Origin: an uncultured virus (IMG/VR IMGVR_UViG_3300042315_000659)
Taxonomy: Duplodnaviria > Heunggongvirae > Uroviricota > Caudoviricetes
Virus record (IMG/VR): IMGVR_UViG_3300042315_000659
Reading direction: 5' to 3' (one strand)
DNA: 20,000 nucleotides
Every line of letters begins with the position of its first letter. Position 1 is the stretch's first letter. Under the pieces are notes generated by a model. The model made no database searches. It saw nothing but the letters and a program-made list of their open reading frames with translations, and had not been told where the DNA came from. A program made the position numbers and the translations under genes. Below, piece after piece: positions 14,401 through 20,000 of the stretch.

Positions 14401-17400
14401 GCGTCAATAGACCAATTACCGTCAGGAAGTGGAGTTTCACTGCCACGAATATTAGTTTTATTTGTGCCAATTGCAGACTGCGTTGATGGTCTTCCTGTTA
14501 CTCCTCCGATAACAGTATCAATTATTTTACCATCTTTTATTAAATCAAACCGTAGGATTTCTAGTCCTTCAGGAGTTTTTTGTCCAGAACGACGAACAAA
14601 AATAGTTGAGGAAGTAGAAGCCGATGGAGTGGAGGAAGGTTGTTCATATTTTTTTACAATTTCTTGATATTTTCTTGTTAAACTTTCTTTGCTTCTTTCT
14701 CTTTGCCCATATCCAGCACCAGGAAAAGCTGCCCATTCTTGACGAGCGGCAAATAAAGCACCCACCACATCACCTTTTAAAACTTCATCTAAAGCGCCTC
14801 TCATCATAATCCGGCTTATTGCCACTAAATCCTGAGATGTCGGTGAAAAATCTTGTAATCCTAATTTCGCTTTTTCTTCATCCCACGTCGCTTGCATTAT
14901 CTGGTATCTTCCAGCAGCGTCAGACCTTAATCCGTTTTTTGAAACTCTTTGTCGTGGATGATCTCTAAAAGAAACAAATTGTCCATGTCCAAATAAAGTA
15001 TTGTATCCTTCATTAGGCATATAATCAGTGCCTTCTGCATAGGCAACAAGATCAAGAAAAGCTCTGATTTGAGGATTATTCAAATATTGAGATGCTTGCT
15101 GTCCGCGAGGGGTTAGTGTAGAGGGTAGCGTGGAAGATGTGGGGAATGTGGAAAATGAAGCAGGCGGCGGCGGTAAAAACCCTCCCCCATTCCACACAGG
15201 AGCAGGGGCGAAATTACCAGGGGCTGGTAGTATCAAACCTTCCTTAGCTTTTCTAATTGCCTCCGCAGTTTCTTCTATACTTTTTACTAAGTCTTCTCCA
15301 GAAGTCTTAATATTTGGGGGAATAGCCACTAACTCAGAATTGATTAATTTAATTGGTTCTGGAAGTGTATTAAGATTTGTGACAATATCCTTGATTGATT
15401 GGGGAATAAAGCCTAATTCTTTATTGGTTTGTCGGATTAAATCAGCTAGAGTACGATTGAGGTCTTCCTGAGTCCGTTTAATATCTTCAATCGTTCTTAG
15501 TCTATTTCTTTCAGCCTCTTGCTGTTGCTCTTGTAAGTTACGAATATTTCTTAGAGTAGAGATATAGGAAGTTTCTATCTCCTCGGTTTGAGATTGGAAG
15601 GTGCGTCCGCGACTAGCAATATCAGCTTGTCCCTGTACAAATTCTAGGAAAATGTCACCTAATTCTTTACCAGCGTCGCTTGTACCGGGTATTAATAACC
15701 GGTTTTTGACTTGCTGCACCCTGATTCTATCGGTTGTATCTAATAGTTGATTTTGGGCATTTAAGAGGTTCTTATCGAGTTCTCTGACTAAATCACTGTA
15801 ACTTTCAGATAGGGAACGATTTTCTTTAAATGCTGACAGTTGAGCGTCTTCAATCTGTCTTCTGTAATCCTCAATCTGACGATTAAAGTCGATTATCTGA
15901 CGGTCAAGGTTGCGGTAGTAGTCTTGTAGTGATGTTTGTTGCTGTAATAGGTTAGCGCGGGCTTGTTCTAGGGCTAATCGGGTATTATCAACCTCTTGCT
16001 GAATCACATTAGGATCGTCTGACGCACTTTCTAATCGACGATAAGCCTCTCCTAATAATCTCTCTTGGTTGCGAACTTCTGATAAGGCATCCTGATAGGA
16101 AGCGGCTGGACCCCCAAAGGGTAATTGCCTTAAAGTAGCAATTCTCTCGTTGACATTGGCACCGACTATTGATGCTTGTCTGGCATTTCTTGCGCGCTCT
16201 CGTCTAGCGTTAGCAATTTCTAGTTCTGTATCAACAATTGATTTATCAATAGTTAAAGTTTGTCGTCTAATAGATGCTTGCTGTTTAGCTGTTTCTAATA
16301 CCTGTTTTAATTCAAAAGGCGCTTGATCTCCCAACTGTTGTAACCGATCACCTATAGCTTCTGGTGACACACTTCCCTGCTGTAATGCCGTTCTAAAATC
16401 TATTCCATTTAATTCAGGCATTAACTCAGTTATTCGCTGATTAATCAGATCTGTTAGGGTGTTTTGTAATTCTTTTTCTTTAGTTGCCAGTAATCCATTA
16501 AGCGAATTAAACTGATCCTTGACAATAGATAGGCTCTGTTCTCTAACGGTCAAATCTATTTCAAACGGCTTCAGGTTCCCAGATAAAACTTGTCGTTTAA
16601 TATCTGTTTCAGACAAAATAGTTCGTCCACTAGAGACAAATTCAATATTAAATAAAGCTCTTGCTACTTTATTTATTTGTTCTGTTAATCGTTGATAGTT
16701 GATTAAATTCTCTTTGACTGCTTCGTTATATTTTTCTTGCGATTCTTTTAATTTTCTAAGTTGAACTTCAGTAATTTCTAGCTGGATCCTAGCATTATCT
16801 TTTTGGGAACTAGAAGACCCTGGATCATCTAAAACTTTTTTAATTGCTGTAATTCTTTCTTCTGTAGATGCTATCTCATTAACAATAAGCCCAATTTGAG
16901 GAAAGTATTTTTCCGTTAAAGCTTGTATTTCTTGGTTTACTTTCGCAATTTCTTGACGAACAGATGTAGCTTTTTTAACGTCAGCATTTCCACTAGCTAT
17001 GATTTCATCTATCTTGAGGTCTTTCGCTTTTTGCCGCAATGTGTCAAGGTTACCCGTAAATTCGGTAATCTTTGTATCACTAAATGTGTCAGTTGATAAT
17101 TTTAAGATTTGTGTTGTATCACTTAGTCCCCCCGCAGTAAACTCTAAACTTTTATCTCTTTCTCTGTTGTTTTTAAATTGCTGAATTGCAGTTGCACTAT
17201 CAGTTATAACAGTAGAAGCTTTAGGTGTAGGTAAAGGTTTTTCTAGTAATCGTCTCAATTCTTGTAACGATTCTTGAGTTGATTTAAGAGATCGTTTAGA
17301 CTCTTCAGAGCCTGCGTTGATGTATTGATAAAGCCCTTTAAAAGCTTCCATTACACCAAAGACTAAAGCAGTCCATCCTAGCCCTTTAACAAATCCTATA

Positions 17401-20000
17401 CCTATTTGTGCAATTGATGCTTTTGTAGATGCTGCGGTAACTCCTAGTGCTTTTAGCCCTAACTTTAAAAGACCAAGCCTGTGTAACATTTGAACAAATA
17501 CACCCGATACAACAATCCCCATCGAAACAAAAGTAGCTACAATTTTATCTCCATGATCCTCTAAAGTCGTAAGTCCACTGATAACTGTAGGTATCCCTAA
17601 TTTAGCCACTTCTAATAAAGGTTTTCCCATTTCTACGCGAAGCAAGTTTAATTGATTTTCAAGTTTTGCAACTTGAGCAAAAGCCGTGTCATTAATTACA
17701 TTAATCCCTCCTGCTGATTCTAAAGTAGTTTGAGTTGCAAATTTCGACAAAAATTCATCTGATGCTACTGATCCAGACTCAATTAATTTAATAAATTCTT
17801 GAGCCGTTACACCATAAGCCCTAGAGGCAATCTGTAACGCGCCTGGCATTGCTTCACCTAACTGAGAGTTAAGTTCTTCCATTGAAACACGACCTTTACT
17901 AGCTATTTGAGTAATAGCTAGTAAAGCTCTGTCTTGCTGTTGAGAATTAGCACCTCTAGTAGCCAATCCTAATGTTATTCCTTCAAAAATTTTATCTTTT
18001 TGAAACTCTAGTGAAGTGTTCATTACAGCAGCACTAAACTGCTGATAGTTTTTGGCAGAAGACAAAAAAGATGTTCCAAGTTTATCTGCTTGTACTTTTA
18101 GCCTAGATAAAGCAGACTCAGCGTCGTCTGTGGTTAAGGATAAAGCCATTTCTAACCGCTCTGCTTCAATTGCTGTTTGAAAAGCTTCTTTTCCAAATTT
18201 ATTTAATAAACCAATAGTTGATTCAAGAATGTTAAAACCAACTATACCTAATATTGCGTTTCTTATTAGTCCAGCAACTTTCTTAATTGGTTCTGGTAAT
18301 TTATCAAGTGATCTTTCAACTTTATCAGCAATGGTGCTAAATTGCTCTAACTTACTTTTACTTTTAAAATCATCAATTTTATCAAGAATCCCTCCAATAT
18401 TAAAAACTTTTCTCCCTACCTGTTTAATATTTGTTTTTATTGTTTCACGGTTTAGGGGTTGCATTTGTTTGGCAGATTCTTCCATCTCCCATTGTCTAAA
18501 CTTTACTTCACTTCTTACATTACTAGGAAGTGCATTAAAAATTCTTTTCCCTGCTTTTTGGACATTAGTTTTTAAAGATTCACGGTCTAAGGATTTTACT
18601 TTCCCGACAAAATCTTTTATCTCTATCTCCTTAAATTTTAATTCAGTTTTTATTCCATCTAGTCCTAGTATTAAACCTCTTTTGATGTCACGACCAATTC
18701 GCATCATAACTTTTGATGGAGATTGAATCTCAAGTGTATCTCTAATTGTTTTCGGTAAGGTTAAAGCAATTTCCCGCATTTCCGCATCTAAATCACCAGA
18801 CTCGCTTTTAATTCCTATTTTTATCCCTTCTATAATGTCAGAGCCAAGTCCTTTAGTCTTATTTTTATTTGCTAAAACAGGATTTAAGCTTAAGATTAGT
18901 TTCTCTAAATTAGCCTCTATTAACTCTTTATTCCCACCAGAAGCTATTGATTTTGCCGATTGTTCTATAGCCTTTGCGAATAGAGTTTTAAAGCCTACTG
19001 TAGTAGTATCGACACCAGTTTTCTGAATTTGTTGAATTAGTCCTGATTTAATAGGAGATAATTCTTTTATACCAATTGTTTCTTGAGCAGTCTGAACTTT
19101 TTTTCCTGTACTACTTAAGTATCCTTTTGCAGACTGAACAGAAGCACCGACTCCCCCAGAAGCTATAGAAGTGGGCTGTCCAGCTTCTTTGAGTAATTTT
19201 AGTATGTCTTCTAAATCAGAAGAGGCTTGTTCTTTGGCAATTAATATTTCATTAGCTACTTTTTTTGCTTGGTCTAATTCACCAGAATCTATTAATGTTT
19301 TTAATTTTTGATAACGATCACTAAACCATTTTCTAATTGCGTCAGTTTGAGCCTGTGCTTTAACAATATCAGCAGATGCAGGATTACTTTGAATTAAAGA
19401 CTTTAGGTCTTTTGTCTGTTTAGACAGTGACACAAGTTCTTTTTCTTTAACACCTATATTGCTACTAACTTTATTGTCGGTTGTTATATTTTTAGACGGG
19501 TTATTTTTTGAACTAATACTAGGAATCTCAAACGATTTCTCTTCAGTGCCTAATTTAATGTTAGGAATATTGGTTGCTACTATACTATCAACTTTTAAAT
19601 GTTCTAAAGGTTTTGTAGCTTCTTTGACTTCTTTTAGCTGTGTTTCAATAGCTACTAATTCTCTTTGTTTTAATTGCAAAGATGACATATCAAATAGTTC
19701 TAATTGATCAGGAATATCTTCAATATTCTCCTGTAATTTATCAACTTCTTTATTCAATATCTTGATAATTTCTGCGTTTTCAAGGTAGTCAGAAGAAGAA
19801 TGTGACGCAATACCGGAAATAACTTGACTTTGCTTGGATACATCTGATGCCCCCATAGTTTGTTCTGCTAGTCTAATAGGGTCATTTTCTCCCATATAAC
19901 GAGAAAAATTATCTATTTGAGTAGTCCCGACCATTGACGGGGTAGCAATAGCTACCCCTTTTATATTTTCAATACCAGCTTGGTTTGCTAATCTAGTCGC
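11412..20000 (-). CDS. Giant tape-measure protein with embedded lysozyme, YkuD/Tlde1-like and serine beta-lactamase/PBP-like domains (5'-truncated)
   Basis: Tape-measure motifs LEIQSPSKVM and AITQIASKGRVSMEELNSQLGEAMPGA, long coiled coils, Gly-rich tail ending FSDGG/YANGG. The frame has no stop from 19934 to 20000, so the true start is outside the window. Confidence 0.9.
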   Translation of the reverse strand, partial: ATRLANQAGIENIKGVAIATPSMVGTTQIDNFSRYMGENDPIRLAEQTMGASDVSKQSQVISGIASHSSSDYLENAEIIKILNKEVDKLQENIEDIPDQLELFDMSSLQLKQRELVAIETQLKEVKEATKPLEHLKVDSIVATNIPNIKLGTEEKSFEIPSISSKNNPSKNITTDNKVSSNIGVKEKELVSLSKQTKDLKSLIQSNPASADIVKAQAQTDAIRKWFSDRYQKLKTLIDSGELDQAKKVANEILIAKEQASSDLEDILKLLKEAGQPTSIASGGVGASVQSAKGYLSSTGKKVQTAQETIGIKELSPIKSGLIQQIQKTGVDTTTVGFKTLFAKAIEQSAKSIASGGNKELIEANLEKLILSLNPVLANKNKTKGLGSDIIEGIKIGIKSESGDLDAEMREIALTLPKTIRDTLEIQSPSKVMMRIGRDIKRGLILGLDGIKTELKFKEIEIKDFVGKVKSLDRESLKTNVQKAGKRIFNALPSNVRSEVKFRQWEMEESAKQMQPLNRETIKTNIKQVGRKVFNIGGILDKIDDFKSKSKLEQFSTIADKVERSLDKLPEPIKKVAGLIRNAILGIVGFNILESTIGLLNKFGKEAFQTAIEAERLEMALSLTTDDAESALSRLKVQADKLGTSFLSSAKNYQQFSAAVMNTSLEFQKDKIFEGITLGLATRGANSQQQDRALLAITQIASKGRVSMEELNSQLGEAMPGALQIASRAYGVTAQEFIKLIESGSVASDEFLSKFATQTTLESAGGINVINDTAFAQVAKLENQLNLLRVEMGKPLLEVAKLGIPTVISGLTTLEDHGDKIVATFVSMGIVVSGVFVQMLHRLGLLKLGLKALGVTAASTKASIAQIGIGFVKGLGWTALVFGVMEAFKGLYQYINAGSEESKRSLKSTQESLQELRRLLEKPLPTPKASTVITDSATAIQQFKNNRERDKSLEFTAGGLSDTTQILKLSTDTFSDTKITEFTGNLDTLRQKAKDLKIDEIIASGNADVKKATSVRQEIAKVNQEIQALTEKYFPQIGLIVNEIASTEERITAIKKVLDDPGSSSSQKDNARIQLEITEVQLRKLKESQEKYNEAVKENLINYQRLTEQINKVARALFNIEFVSSGRTILSETDIKRQVLSGNLKPFEIDLTVREQSLSIVKDQFNSLNGLLATKEKELQNTLTDLINQRITELMPELNGIDFRTALQQGSVSPEAIGDRLQQLGDQAPFELKQVLETAKQQASIRRQTLTIDKSIVDTELEIANARRERARNARQASIVGANVNERIATLRQLPFGGPAASYQDALSEVRNQERLLGEAYRRLESASDDPNVIQQEVDNTRLALEQARANLLQQQTSLQDYYRNLDRQIIDFNRQIEDYRRQIEDAQLSAFKENRSLSESYSDLVRELDKNLLNAQNQLLDTTDRIRVQQVKNRLLIPGTSDAGKELGDIFLEFVQGQADIASRGRTFQSQTEEIETSYISTLRNIRNLQEQQQEAERNRLRTIEDIKRTQEDLNRTLADLIRQTNKELGFIPQSIKDIVTNLNTLPEPIKLINSELVAIPPNIKTSGEDLVKSIEETAEAIRKAKEGLILPAPGNFAPAPVWNGGGFLPPPPASFSTFPTSSTLPSTLTPRGQQASQYLNNPQIRAFLDLVAYAEGTDYMPNEGYNTLFGHGQFVSFRDHPRQRVSKNGLRSDAAGRYQIMQATWDEEKAKLGLQDFSPTSQDLVAISRIMMRGALDEVLKGDVVGALFAARQEWAAFPGAGYGQRERSKESLTRKYQEIVKKYEQPSSTPSASTSSTIFVRRSGQKTPEGLEILRFDLIKDGKIIDTVIGGVTGRPSTQSAIGTNKTNIRGSETPLPDGNWSIDANHASRYLRQFNSGQFRNYNPSQIPVGTVGPAWIGAEPKFSTGRSQIGFHLDDLKIGSAGCIAFTDPSQIAKIANWVVQSGANSMFVDLDGKQTSRGGQGGSRDSIPSPSPSVQQQITNRLPKNIQSVLVQEVGGETVYSKNAQTPPASPASTIKVIIADLIAKEIASGKLSLKDAIAIKSPLVDPHGQLKANQVRTVEQLIQLMLEKSDNTATNVLIDRLGGLTRATELAKKEGYKNTTISRYLNIPGSGTPNISTAQDVTLAMQSLIKDQNPASQLAEQSLRQTRNFKYNNEIGGKIGNNSKVIGNVGLVNINGKEYIVTAYANINGNQLNNRTIITNATNAISQSIKDSAPNPSPVPLPTSVPVLQPPRVLTKEETKEGKGGPEFSSPPPIAQLPTLPNQNQDNFWDADLPPVPKDNPINFQSPNLPPVPNLPTGNLGAAADQIRNAETANQNADEFLRRLEEQQNLNNALDRSMKFRRQQEEDARALERTLRDASENVADLTINSKGYLTVQEEINKSATEVSRQYRSQIESLKDQRRTLLLNAEAQQKYSDAIKEILGEFQRKGIALPPEFIKEMTDSIDALAKNAELAKKQVAILDQAIEQLGKNQGVATLEASFRKTRDTVRSIRDRLNDLTIQRTQLEFQSRPTLFDDSAILAERISLQKEKEELEDYLEPYKDLPQYADFVANIRSEWEKLAELRLERVALDASPNRGAAESFFSDIREGKGIGSAFSSLGLNIMTKFVEGITKPAIDALTSAIDGFTKPITQAFESVFNAIIGPVGNFFTNALNSIFKPVGNIFSSIFGGGGGGGLFNGLLSGITGIFSGGLGGLGSIGSLGSVGASSFASAPASAFSLGTGFSLFSDGGKVGDANVPIEKNIISAFQRERAMSGGRKPRLIVANEDELILNPKETEAYLDYRNNAPIKNYANGGFVGGKPNYSTTSNNNNSNQSLVINNTNNVTVESRNDMGYSLNQLKERENTQNERTKKRFFG

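Noticed and set aside
11752..19707. Plus-strand ORFs in the track within the TMP gene (and those at 736, 1099, 2397, 3015, 7142, 9663)
   Set aside because: They are antisense shadows of well-supported minus-strand genes, with no motifs.

Overview
AT-rich segment of a temperate, siphovirus-like phage or prophage, probably of a cyanobacterium (Microcystis-like; inferred from protein styles and short tandem repeats). Almost all genes lie on the minus strand. In transcription order they are: a giant tape-measure protein (5'-truncated, >2860 aa) carrying three cell-wall enzyme domains, an NlpC/P60 tail peptidase, a ~6.8 kb accessory block, a GTA-like tail tip protein, and a RecT-like recombination module. 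The standout is a compact phage-encoded type V-like CRISPR locus in the accessory block. A 558-aa TnpB/Cas12f-like nuclease with an intact RuvC triad has its stop codon inside the first repeat of a 5-repeat array. An anti-repeat and an omegaRNA-like scaffold (a putative tracrRNA) lie inside the gene's own 3' coding region, and no tnpA or cas1/cas2 is present in the window. This looks like a TnpB-to-Cas12 evolutionary intermediate. The block also holds an unannotated ribbon-helix-helix gene, Rha, two tRNAs flanking an orphan HigA-like antitoxin, and one of two copies of a ~240-bp palindromic non-coding element. All calls were made by eye; no database searches were run.
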